Shown in pieces: positions 13,330 through 25,960 of a stretch of 64,000 nt of DNA. Where the stretch lies: the NCBI GenBank assembly GCA_964252035.1, contig CAXUOO010000048.1; one strand, 5' to 3'. Made by a program: the position numbers and the translations under genes. The notes under the pieces were generated by a model. That model ran no database searches and was not told where the DNA came from. It saw only the letters and a program-made list of their open reading frames with translations. How positions within the stretch are numbered: the stretch's first letter is position 1; the number at the start of each line of letters is the position of its first letter. The stretch comes from Podarcis erhardii. Taxonomy: Eukaryota.

Positions 13330-15152
13330 CTGGAGCTGTACAGGACTCGCTATTCTACCTCGCATGATTATAGTCTTGTTGCTGTATGTGATATATACGT
13401 AACGATACGCAGAAGGCGCTAAGAACGCACATATACGGACATATCGTTCAGTATTGTATACTCTTGATTATTAAGTTTTTCAATTTTGTTCTCTCATTTC
13501 TGCAACCGTTATAATATTACTGTAATGCTAATTGTCATGCCAGTATATACTCAAGTAGACATATGTGATGGGACGGCTACCGATGAGGGAGACGGTTATA
13601 TGGACAAAACGTACAGATTCTCCATTTACATGAATTATACATGCTTTGGTATAAATACTCAGTACTGCGAAAGAAAAAAAAGTCTTGTAAAGCACAACTG
13701 TACGAATACTCAGTTACTGCAACAAAGAGGCAAATGGAAATAAGGTAATAGCCTCCCGGATATAATCTTATAAGAGCATGCTATCACGATGTCTTCATGA
13801 GCCTTCCCGTGATAAAGCCTTATGTGCCGTCTGCATTCATGGAAACACTTCAAAGGTGCTTGCGAAGACAATAGCGGCTTCATAAGGCTACTGCTGTGAC
13901 TTGGCGGATGTTTTCTGAACTATAAGCTTGATGATGATAGATTTGTCAATCAGAACTGGCTACATCAGAAGAAAAGAACGGGACTGCTTGTATTTGGTAT
14001 CATTTTATGTGGACATGTCGAGTTCTGATCGGGCAGAAAAACATTTGGCTACATCTGCGAACGTACCTGATATCTTGACTGCGATGCCGCTTTTTCACAG
14101 CAACGTCAACACCTGTGCAGCTGAATAGACAGAAGGCAGGCCACCAAGATGCTGCATGCGCTTTATTATTCTTGTATGTTTGTTTATGTACATTAGCACA
14201 TTCATGCAAGAGAGAAACCTAACTCCTACACTAGGTTGAGACTGTTTACGCGGTTGCTGAGGTTCAGAACCTCATACGACCAGCGAGTTACTAAATAGCA
14301 CTGAGCAAGCCCTACCTTTCTTCCAACCCTCCTAATGACCTTTTCACAGCTGAAAAAACGCAATTAAGGTGGACTGAGTAGATATAGCTCTGGGTAGGGC
14401 AATGAGTAGAGTACATTGCAGTACACATAGATGTATTATTAGATAATTGCAGATAGCTTCTTGCTTTTGAGGCATCCTCCTTGTCAATTTACCCGATTTT
14501 GCTGAAGACGTCTACTGCTTTTTTAAAAGCGAATTGACTGTGTCTTCATCACTATATATCCTTCTTTTGCGTGAGAGAGCAGAAATTTAAGGCGAATGTG
14601 CCAGGTCAAATTTCTTGTGGGTGATGCTAAAGTTCAAGCTGTTACTTAGCGCTGTATTCCTCTTATCTACTGAAGTACTTTGAGGACTTTTCAAACACAT
14701 GGTTACTCTATTTTTTGGTGAAATAGCGTCATACTTCCTTTGTCACAAAAATAGTGGAAGGGCTTTTCTTCGAGGAGAGTTACAGGTACGCTTTACGGAT
14801 ACGGGTTAACACAACAGCCACTATAACTAAACTTTCATTGCGACGTTTACGGCCGACTTTTTAAAAAAAATTCGAGGTTCCTTAGCAATTTGCCGCGTTT
14901 TGTGTATGCGAGTATGCTGTCAACTTCACGAAATCAATAACTATTCATTGCTTCAAGAGTATCCGCTCTGCGGTAGCGGCTTCAAGGGTTTTCGCTCGGA
15001 ATGTTTGCACCGTCTCACCTTATGAAAAGTTGACGATATGTATTCATAACTGTACAGATTATTGAAAGTTCAGGTATAATTGCGAAATTCCACCTGAGCA
15101 GGGGGTTTCGATTCGTATTCACACTGCATATTCAACAACATATTTATAAATC

Positions 15153-15189
<37 letters not shown>

Positions 15190-15249
15190 AAGAGAATAGG
15201 GAGTGAGAAGAAATGGAATAGAGATAGAAGCGGTCAAGCCCCACCTCAT

Positions 15250-18200
15250 TTGTGAACTTTATTTTCTACGTCGTGATCGCACATTTCATCTATTTCAGCT
15301 GCAGACCGAATTCAATCTATTTTGCGAAACCACATTGCAGCATTACTTACATTCTGTGTGTGGCTCTTTTGTCAAGCTAGTGCTCTGTTCCACTTATATG
15401 ATCTCTAGGAAGAGGCGCAATAACAAAATATATAATTTCATCGATAATTCGGAATTTTTTTTCGGTAGCGTCAGATCCGGTCTAAAGAAATACCAGAGAG
15501 GCTCTTTACTATTCGTACCCACTTTAGTAAAATCGCCACTCAGAATTCTCTATGATTTCAGCAGTTACTCTCTCATGTTTACGGCTATTAGAATAGTCTA
15601 CAGATTATTCAGCTCTTTTCTTTTCAAATTTGTCTTGAAAATTGACGAAAAAGAAGTCATTACACCTTCTAGAGGGTCCTAATTACCACTGTCATCAAAT
15701 TTAAACTTTGCTTGAATACTTGTGGATCCAGTCTTTGACCGCTCTCTTTTTTTAGAATTGACCATTGTAAGTTGGCGAATATCGCCTCAATTTTGACTGC
15801 GTTTGCCATACGTGCTATAGAGTTCTTCGCGGTCAACTTACCTCTTTCGAATATCTGCATCGAGGCTGCAACAGCCTGTCATGAAGGCAGCTGACGCCAG
15901 CCTCCAATGCCCTTGCTTGGAGTCCTCGTATTTTTCTCACGGCTTTCGGTACAGGGCTCGCCTCAGCTGCCTTCATATAGTAGCGTATACACTAGCAAAG
16001 GCGAGAGAAAGTTGCCATCACACACGTCGTGTTCTTGGTTTGGGGCGAGGCTCAAAAAAAGTGTAAGACTTTATAGTTCCTTGAAAGCTATAATTTGATA
16101 GTCGTCGATGAATCTCTACAATTGAATGCAGAGAGTTAGTCTTCTTTGCGGCCTCACTTTTTTGAGAGGCAGCTTTTGAGGAAAAAACAACTATATTTCA
16201 GAAGGTTGTGGTGGGCAATCAATCTCACCTCGTAAAGTGCTCAAGAGGACCTGCAGCCCAGTCTTATCCGTTCATGTCAGAAGCCTTTGGACACCACTCC
16301 TTTCTGCTTAATGATCCCGATGTCGAAAACTACACTCTGCCATAGTTCGGTCAGGTTCATAATAGCGTATGTTTTCACCATGAGTCCAATAGTGTACAGT
16401 ATCGTATTAATCTTTCTCGCTTTTGCTACTACGTAATCGTAGCAGGTATCCTCATCCATATCCTGTATGATTAGAGATAGCGCTGATGTTGGTCGCTCCT
16501 TACTCTAAAGCATATCTGTCATCTCATTTGCGCGGCTGCCTCAAGCTGCTTCTGTCCCTCGCTGAGCCGCAGTTCTCCCAATAAGGGACAGTATTGCCGC
16601 TTAGTCTTCAGTCAGCTCATGCTGAGCGAGAGCTGCAAAATATTGCTTTGCTGTCGCTGAAGCACAGCTTGGCAAAGTTTTATTCGACAACGCACTGCTG
16701 TATAGATAATAAGAACGGCGTAGTTCAATTTGAGAAAAGCAAACTGACACTCAGAGTATTGAAGAAAGTGGGGAAGCAGACTGGAACAAACGTCTTCGAG
16801 GTTATCGGATGGCGTATATATAGTGCGTTTTGATTATTCATGGATGGTAGCGCTATGCAAAGACAGTGACCACTGTCATAAACGCTCAACTTCCAGAAGG
16901 TCGTCAGGATCACAACTCTCCGGTTCACATTGCCGTAGGACCGACTGTTTGAAAGCCGGAAGTCATTCTCTTCTGAAATGTATCCTCTCAGGCTTTACAG
17001 ATGATTTTGTGCACTAAATTGTAATCGACTCCGTACACCAATGAAGAGATGTCTCGATGAAGCCTATCAGCAACTGAAGGTCTCATACCGAGTCTGTTCT
17101 AGAAATGTCGCGAGTGCTACAGGCGAATGACAAAACATGCAACTTGGTTTGCGATAAAGCTCTCGAGCCGCATACCAGCAATATGTAACTACTACGGGTC
17201 CGACGAGTGTCCTGACCCCTTTAATGGCAAAATGGAGGAGCTCTCTATCAAAGCTTTCGTGCGGGACAAAGGTATAGCTTGTTTGTTTTTCCCTGACTGT
17301 ATAGGATGTCGAGATTCTTACCACTTCGCACAATTTTTGGGCCAGAATTCCGATATGCACGACATTTAGCATACATGAACTGCGCAGCTGGCAGTGTTCA
17401 AACAGTTTGTCAAGAACTGTAGCTGCAAATCCAGATCTAATACGTTAAACCAATTAGCGTCTTTGCGCAAAGGTCAACGAACGGCGGAAAAGAGTACACA
17501 GATAGCCCGGAAAGTATCGATTATCAAACGCATGTTTCACCCAGAAAAACACTTCAAAACTGCCATCGTATGGATCACCATTATTCTTATTATAAAGGAA
17601 TTTGCAATAGTCGCTCATGTATGTAGCTTCGGGTCCCGTTTCAGTTCTGTTTGGTGGATCTGTAATGAAGGAGGCTATGACACGGTTGTTCCATAAACTA
17701 AACATTCAGTTTTTATCAAATCATCTAAGCATCGTTAGTGTAGATTGAAACGCCTACAACGTCATCTTCGAAGCCTGCGGCACGACAGCAAGTCAAATAC
17801 GCGCATATACGAACACGACTTTGTATCATAACACAGGAGGGTCACAATTGGAGAGAAGGGATAGACCGCAATTTTTGCACGATATTCCGCAGCCTTGACA
17901 TGGCACTTAAACTCGCTCACGCAGAGATTCCTGCGACATTATTTACTGCGAGATGCGTAGGCTTAGCGTCGTCCACAAGTTTCACTACTTTATCATGCTG
18001 GGCACAGCAGCTGCCGTGTCGGTTTCGTACGAAAATAGCAGCGCGAACGCAGTGTGCAAGCCTTCCAAGCACGTAAAAACCATAACATTTTATCAAAAAC
18101 CGACTAAGCATGATGAGAACAAGCAATACCATGCTCTCTATGGCAGCGACCCGCTGCACGTCACACGAGTCCTGTACAACGTCCAGTAAAAAATGAAGGC
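15250..18200 (-). pseudogene. Possible decayed, unidentified protein-coding gene in block B (copies near 25.4-28.4 kb and 43.5-45.0 kb)
   Basis: Short minus-strand peptides keep their frame between copies: CMFCHSPVAL (both), Y(D/E)YVV(AK/PR)A(R/G)KINT, YY(MK/LN)AA, RHG(S/G)C...HD..VK. There is a gtaagt donor after ...RCRYSKE (~15840). No long ORF, many stops, family not recognised. Confidence 0.35.
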
Positions 18201-18749
18201 ATATCTGTTTGCCATGGCAGGGTAAACACTATCGGGGGAATTTTGAATATGATTGCTAGGTTGACTGCGATTACATTCTATCGTGATATAAGGTTTTGTT
18301 TGTAAGAGCTACAAAGAGTTCTGAACCTTGAAGACCAAGCTCTTGTGACCAAGCAATTGAGTAAATCTTTCAGGACATATCCATATTGTATAATCGTATA
18401 TAACGAACTGCATAGGTAGAAGAAAATCTGTTGAAACAGCAATCCATTTGATTGATTACAATCCAGTGCAATGCTCAACTCAGAGCTGTACCGCTGCACT
18501 TTGTTAAAAACCTGGGTAAATCATTTACAACAGCTGGCAGCTGCTAATATAGATTTTGAAAAGGAGGTGAATGAGGAGCTGAGGAGCAAGGCGTACGTTT
18601 ATGATAGTATAGCATCTGATGTTGAGACCGTTTTTATTTGTAACACAGTTGGCCGTAACGTATATCACCGCGCAGATCTGGCGTGACTGTGCTGGAACGC
18701 TGCTCTACAATTTCCGCTTTCACAAATTTGAATGGAAATCTGCATTACT

Positions 18750-20370
18750 TCATAGTAGCCTGCAGAAAAGATAAACGTATTGAAACTTGAAAAGGTATAC
18801 TCCCTACTTAGTTCTGATGCTGTGTTGACTTGTAAGCACAACCAAGGAATCGTGAACGAGTTTTTATGAAAGTTCTGGCTCCCATGTAACACGGTACACC
18901 CACTTTGCAGCTTTGAATTCTTTTTAGAAAAGCAAAGCTTAGAAGTGTGCTGCACAACTCACATGTATACACGTAGTATCAGCCCTTCAGTCTGCAACGG
19001 AACTATTGTTGCTCCAAAAGATTTAACCCGACTTCAGTCTTATGCATTGTTTACTTATAATCACAGTCAGGCACTAAGAACACTCGCTCTTATAGAAATT
19101 CGGGCTTCCAAATAGCACAGTATATGTAGTTTACAATGTGAACTTCTGAAACTGCTGCTGTGCAACAGTGCAAAGAAACTCAGTAATTCGAAATCTGCTG
19201 CACGGCTCACCATCTGATAACTTACGTTGGACTGCTCAGCTCGCGAAATTGTTTTGCAACTTGAAGAGATTTATTCCTACTTCATTGTTATGCTGCAGTA
19301 ATATGTAAGCACAGTCGAGCAGGCAAACGGCGCGCTGCTATGCTCTGGTTTCCACGTAGCACATGTAGCAAACTGTATCTGGTTGCAATGCAAGTGTTCG
19401 AAATGGCTTCTGCGCAGCTTTTCATAAAGGCTATGGTGTTTGAGAAAGTATTGCACCCTTATATGCTAAAGAGCCTCATTCGGACGCGCAGTCTGATGTG
19501 GGGGTTATTTGGCTTGATGAGAAATACTTTTAATTTTTTTATTATTTTATTTGCTTTTGCAAATATACGAACACTCAAATCGTGCGCTGCAAACACTGCA
19601 AGTCTTTTTTGCTGCAGCCCTCCAGAGCTGCTGTGATGTTAGAAAATGTGCTCCACGCACATAGTATAAAATATGCCTTCGGCGGCGCAACCTGCAGTAG
19701 AGGTAATTCGGCTTGACAGGACACACTTCTACTAATTCTCATGTTGTGTGCTCCTGTGAACACCATCAAATAGTCAAAGCACGAACTGCTCTGAAATTAT
19801 AACTTTCATGTTTCAAAGAGTATCTAATTTTTGGATCTGCTGTGCAGACCTTAGACACCGAAAAATTTGAACATGTGCTGCAGGGCTCACTTTCTAAAAT
19901 GTTCATTTCGACGCGCTGCTTGCTGAAGAACGTGATCCAACTTTAAAGAAAAATCTTCTATACCAGTGCAGTGTTATGAATTCATTTTAAAAAAGTTATC
20001 AAACAGCGCTGCTCTGAAGATGCTGCTTTTCAGGTAGCACCATTTATCTAGTTTGCAATACCAACTGCTGTCATGATCTCTTTATTGAGAGTGCGAAGTT
20101 CGAAGGTTTGCTGCACGGCTCATAAGCTGAAAATTTATTTTTGACCGCACAGCCTGTACGAGGTATAACATGCCTTAGAAATACACTCTCACTCATTCTT
20201 TTGATATCGAAGTATCGACAGGCACACGTTCGCGTAACAAGATATAAAATGCTATCTACTCTGAACTAAAAGCCACCGAGACTTCTACATTTTTGTTGTG
20301 CAAGATTTCACAAATACCGCGAACACCGAAAGCCTGCTGCACGGCTCGCTATTTGAAAATCTATGGTCGA
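18750..20370. repeat. Seven-unit patch of the same ~240-bp repeat family
   Basis: Anchor at ~18949, 19197, 19451, 19649, 19887, 20111 and 20336. Also tctggctcccatgtaac (~18874), gaggtaattcggcttg (~19701) and tctagtttgcaat (~20048). Orientation matches the 54-64 kb array. Confidence 0.85.
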
Positions 20371-22221
20371 CGGCGCAGCTTCCAAGAAACTTATGGGAAC
20401 TGGAAAGAAAACACTTCTAATTCTTTCATATGCTGTGATTATGTGTAAGCACAATCAAGCAGTCAAACACGCGCACCCATTATATCTGTATATACACACA
20501 GACCAGTTTAGTTATATACATATATATATATACAAGATAGACTTATATACGTGTTGCTCATAGATTACATGTATCAAGTAAAGAAGATATATTCATACAA
20601 ATGTTAATGTGCGAATAAACAGATAGTCATAGCATCTACGTGCCTACTTGATAAGTATACATGCAGATGAATTTTATACGCATATAATATACATGTAAAT
20701 AAATGATGAAGATATACTTCCAGAATGCTCACGCGTGAAAAGAGTGTCACAAATATATCTATCGCCACAGAAAAATACAATTCTAATTAAAAGCTATGCA
20801 CTATTTCGACAAAACACTCTTCAGTTGTGTGCGTTTGTGCTCGAAGGACTAGGAACTACAAGTCAATAGTAAATTAGAAAAGGTTGTTATATTTCCTTAT
20901 TTATTGCAATTATTTTCTAGTAGAAAGGGGGCGCACAATATAAAAAAGTTGCTGAGTGAGACAAATGGCAAGTGTAATCTCTTAATGCGATTATAACAGG
21001 AAAACCAGTCGAATATTTGCACCAGATCTTCAGCTTCAGAAGTCTTTCTTCATATCTCCGAACTGGCTTCTAACCAAACTGCTAATATTAAGAATGTATA
21101 GAAAATGACGCTTTCTTACAAAATTTCAAATTTGCATGAAGCCATACTTTGGATTTTTCCATAGAAGGCGAAGACGAAAGACCAAATGATTAGCACATCC
21201 CCAAACGAGTGTAGTGGTCATTACCTGATACTCACGCAGAAGCAGTAAACTGCGTATGCCGCTACTTTTCGAATACCACGTGCCTCTCACAGTATTATTT
21301 TATCAGTCGCAAGGAATGGCAAATCCGCCGCTGCTCTCTTTCGTGTCAGCGCACCGTAATAGCTCAATTTGCCAGTAGATTTGCGCGTATATTGGAGTCT
21401 ATGTGCTCTCTTCACCAAATCACATGGCCCATGTACTAGTCTCTGATGCATTGCACCATTTGGCGCGTTGTAATGTACACAAGGCAACTAGCTGTCTTTT
21501 TGTCGATGCAGCATGAAAACGCACAAGACGAAATGAGCAACATTCGACCTGCTGCGCCTACACGTGACTTCGATGACCAGCATCCGTCCTTCTCACCTTT
21601 TTTCGTTCCCCAAATCCAATCTTTTTCCAAGCATTTTTCTGCCTCTTTGCAAAGAACAGGAAAAGGATTTTATACACGTATACAGTTTGCTTACCACGTT
21701 ATGAGTATAATGTGCTCATTATGTGAAGGTCGAGCGCCGGATTTACGCCGAGTACCCCCATAGGTATTTGCAAAAGTATTGTTGCAGACTTCCAAAGAAA
21801 AGTGAAAAAAGGGAGAATCAATTTGAATATGTCTACTGCGCGGTAGGGCGTCAGGGTTTACCCCTAGACATGAATGTGCAGCCTAGAGGTAAATTGTTCA
21901 CCAACAGACTCTCAACTTTCCTGCCATATGTGGTAAATCTGGCAAAACTACACTGGTGCAGCCTAATGCATTGATTCATATTCCAGTTTCCGCGTTAGTG
22001 CTGCGACGTCAAAGTAATCTCTTCAGAGATTTGAACCTTGTAGAGTTGGCAGTATATTCGCATACTATAACAGTGTCATCATGTCTTTCGTGCCACTGTT
22101 TAACCTATATATATAGCGCTGCTCGAGCGAGGAAACTTGATATCGAAGGTTTTCATCAGATATATCGAATTTAGTAGGAAATTGAGTCGTCGGTCCTGCG
22201 TGTGAATGACGGCTGCCTTAG

Positions 22222-22438
22222 ATTAGTGAACCTCGGTTTTTTTTGCATTAACGGGGCGGATGCTCTGAAAAAGGCTGAGGCAGCGGCATCTTTCCTGCTA
22301 CAACAGCAGCGGCGGTGCACGGGAGACTCACTGGATGGAAAGTTGAAGAAGGTTCGTTGTACTATCTCGCGTGCGTATATTGCCGCTCAACCTCAATGCG
22401 CAGAAGGTTTTACAAAGAGGCTTTGTTTACTATTGTAG
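22222..22438 (+). pseudogene. DDI1: Duplicated DDI1 terminal (UBA) exon
   Basis: After acceptor cttag (ends 22221) it reads LVNLGFFCINGADALKKAEAAASFLLQQQR, versus LVDLGF.RIDAVDALKKAEGNVEAAASFLLQQQR at 13207. A 12-nt in-frame deletion removes GNVE. It is preceded by a copy of DDI1 intron 6. Confidence 0.85.
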
Positions 22439-25400
22439 ATCTCTTGACTGTTCACTTTTACATTCTCGTCCGCCTGTTCTTGCAACTGTTTCGTGTATAC
22501 CGCTAAAGCGAATTGTTATGCGAACCTATAAGTATGTTGAAAAATGTTGATAGCTGCCGATTATGAATAAGAATTATATTTCAAGGTGCAGATTCTCCCT
22601 TGTTGCGCCATTGATCTCAATTTCATATAGATCTTCATGTGTTTGAATACTCTGTAACTGCCAAACAACCAATTGTATAACTTATAACAGCTTCAGCTGA
22701 GATTTTTGTGGTTACGGCATGGCTCCTGTGCTTCTCTTTGTCCAGAACTCACTCTTATACAAAGTCTTTTCAATGCTTTGCAATGTAGAAGCTAGTTGAG
22801 CGCACGATACAGAAATTTCTTGAGATCATCTGTTGAGGATGAATAAAGCACACTTTTTCGAGATCTCCATGAGCCCTGGAGAAGACGAGCATCTGTACCT
22901 TCAGCATTGATGGAAAATACATCAGAAAAAGATGCTTGCAAAGGATAGTCGCTTTATGGGAATAGTGCTGTGACCTGGCGGATGTTTCTGTTCTCATTTG
23001 AATGAACTCTAAACTTGATGATATGATTTTTTGTTTAGTACTAGCAACATCAGTGGGAAGAAACGAGTCCTCTAGAAAATTGGTACATTATGGCCTGTGG
23101 ACGTGTCAAATCTTGATTCGGCATAAATCCAGACCATTTGGCTAAATTCGCGAACGAAACTGAAAACCTTAACAAGCTGTGAACACTGCGCGACGCCGTT
23201 GTTTCACAGCAACGACGTAATACGTGTGCAAAGGCAAGGACAGAATGCAGGTTGATGAGATATTTCATAAGCTCAAACGCTTCTATTCAAGTACACACAT
23301 GCGTTATTACACAGCACCCGACAAGCTCGGAAACAATACAGGCTATATTCAAGCCTACTAATAATCTTTCATACTTGGAAAAACGAGATTAGGGTGAATT
23401 GGATACATGGAATTGCTGAGTAAGGCGCTGAGTCGAGTGCATTGCCGGGCATAAAAATCACTTGGTTTTGCTAAACATGTCAACTTCTGCGTAATTCAAA
23501 GGCAAATCGACTGTGCCGTTATCTTTAAATAGGCTGTTTATCCATGAGACGTCCAAATTTTGAGCGGAGGTTCCTATTGCGACGTATCTTGTGGGTAATG
23601 TTAAAGTTGACGGAGGAACAAATGCACTTGCCTAGCTAATTAGCTTTGACTTCCGTGTTCCAGTTGTTTGAGAAGTCTTTTGAAAAATTGCTTATTACTT
23701 TTGTTACGTGCCTTTTATTGAGTGTAAGAGTTTGTGCGGGCTTTTTGGCACTTGGCAAGCTACAGGTACAACTCAGAGAAAGAACTCCTGGCCGTGCGAA
23801 GATGGCTTAGCACAGCAAATACTATAGCTATACTTTCACTCCGAAGTTAAACGCAAACGTTTTTCCAAATTTGAGACTGTGTTAGTCAGCATTCGCCGCT
23901 TTTTCCGAATGCAAGTGTGGTGTCGAACTTACGGGATCAGCAGACATTCACTGCACCAGGAATATTCGCTACTTGATGAAAGCTCGAAGAATACTGGTTT
24001 GAAATATCTGTACCATACTATCTGATGAGGCTTCTATATGTATTCAGAACTCTTTAAATTTCTGAAACGACGAATAATCCGTGAATTTGAAAAGATTAAC
24101 TTTACATCATGGACTCGCTTGTTTTTACGGGTTGCATCATTCAACTGAATAAACGGCTGAGCCGACACGTTCCTACTATCATGTTAATCCAACAGTTGCT
24201 TTGCTTTCAGTAGACAATGGAAGTATTCAGGGCTTGTGCACACATCAAAGCATTCACCTACAAATAAGTTTGCTAATTGAATACTGAAGGAAGCAAGTAT
24301 AACATCGACTGTATACTAACAGTTCAAAGACCTCCCAAATCGTCGTGGATCAATAACAAATCTTGTGAACGGTGTTAGCGAGATTTTAGTCAATACTCCA
24401 TCCGTGGCGTCAAAATTATCAAGTCATAATTTTGAACACATTTGTAAGCGTGAGCAGCTGAGGAGGTTTATGCGTTTTATGCATCTAGCTTTCCAATGGT
24501 ATTATGAGGAAGCAAATGAAATATATACATATGTATTAGTATATATTTCATCATTTTTGCTTCCTTATAATATACCTTTCTATACCTCTGCAAAATACTT
24601 TATAATTGTCGTTTCTTGACAAAAGTATACAAATAATACCACCACTTTTGTTTGTTCAACAATAGCTTCAGGTAATTGTTGTATAATATTTTCACACCAT
24701 TGTTGCAGTGACACGGACCATCAAACACCATGATATGTCATAGCAACAATATTGTTCTAAAAAGGCCTCTTCACAACGTCACATTAGATAACTTTTCTCT
24801 ATCAACGTTTTCAGGAAATAAATAATGAAATCTACGCCGTCTATATATGACACACATGAATCTGTGTCCTGATTAGTTTTTCCATAACGCAACTTTACAT
24901 TTACACAATTTCAAACTCCACGCATACGCTGGCTCTGTTGTCTTGTGTTTTTCGCTTTTCTCACTGTCTTGGCGCTTTCAAAAAGCAGTTTCACGCAATT
25001 ATGCAATCCTATCGTACTTCGACACTTTTTTCCACAATATGCAACTGATGCAACATAAGGTCAGTTGTAAAGATTGAACTGATTAAAATCGGAATTAGAC
25101 GGGCAAATGAAACAAAAATACTTGTGGAGCCGCTGCAACCCATTGTCATTCCGACTCTGCACAGTTGAAGTAGGTAAAGATTTTATTTGAAGGCTGCCGA
25201 CGCTACTTGGATGCCCAGGTTGTTGACGCTTCTGCCTTTGCACAATCTCTCCCTATCTTTACCTTTTTGAGACGAATATGTATTTACAAATATATCCATG
25301 TATGTACGTATATCTGATTTACCCTGATGATCCCCAGTAAACTTCGAGACGAATCAAGGTGCTCTGCGCAGCCACACTTCAGCATTGCTTTTATTCTGCT

Positions 25401-25619
25401 TCTACATCAATAGCGTTTATTCTGATTCGTTAGCCTCTGACCCACTCAAAAAGCAACACATTTGTGACTATAAGAGCCCCCACCAATGATTTTTCGAATA
25501 TGAGCAGGTTTTGGCCTCTTGTACTTCTATATTAAACAACAATTCACCAGCTCCCTATTTTTTTCCATTCGGTCTGTCTATAACATGTTGAGTAAGCAGT
25601 GAGTACATCATCAAGACAT

Positions 25620-25960
25620 TTGTCAACACTATGGTTGACTAAACTCTGCATGAATGCATTTGGAGCCAGCTTTTGACAACCCTCTTTATTTTTCCCTTTG
25701 CCCTGGGCAAACGTTGAGATCAAATTCGAGTGCGTTTGTCAGTAGTTAAACTCTCATGAAGACCTTATTTCTGACAACTCTTTTCATCTTTCTTTTTATT
25801 TGAGCAACATGAATCCATAACCTGACCTCAACTTCGAGTGCGTTTGCCATCAGTTTAACCCTGTTTGAATCTGCTTGGAGTTAATTCTTGACACCTGTAT
25901 TCCTCCTTCCTTTATCTTTAGCCTTGAGCAACGTAACGAAAATAACGTCACCTGCATTCT
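25620..25960. repeat. Degenerate ~108-bp repeat, ~3 units
   Basis: ttcgagtgcgtttg at 25725 and 25833 (108 bp apart). tgaca(a/c)c and tgagcaac also recur. The paralogous block shows only one such unit (~15791). Confidence 0.6.
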
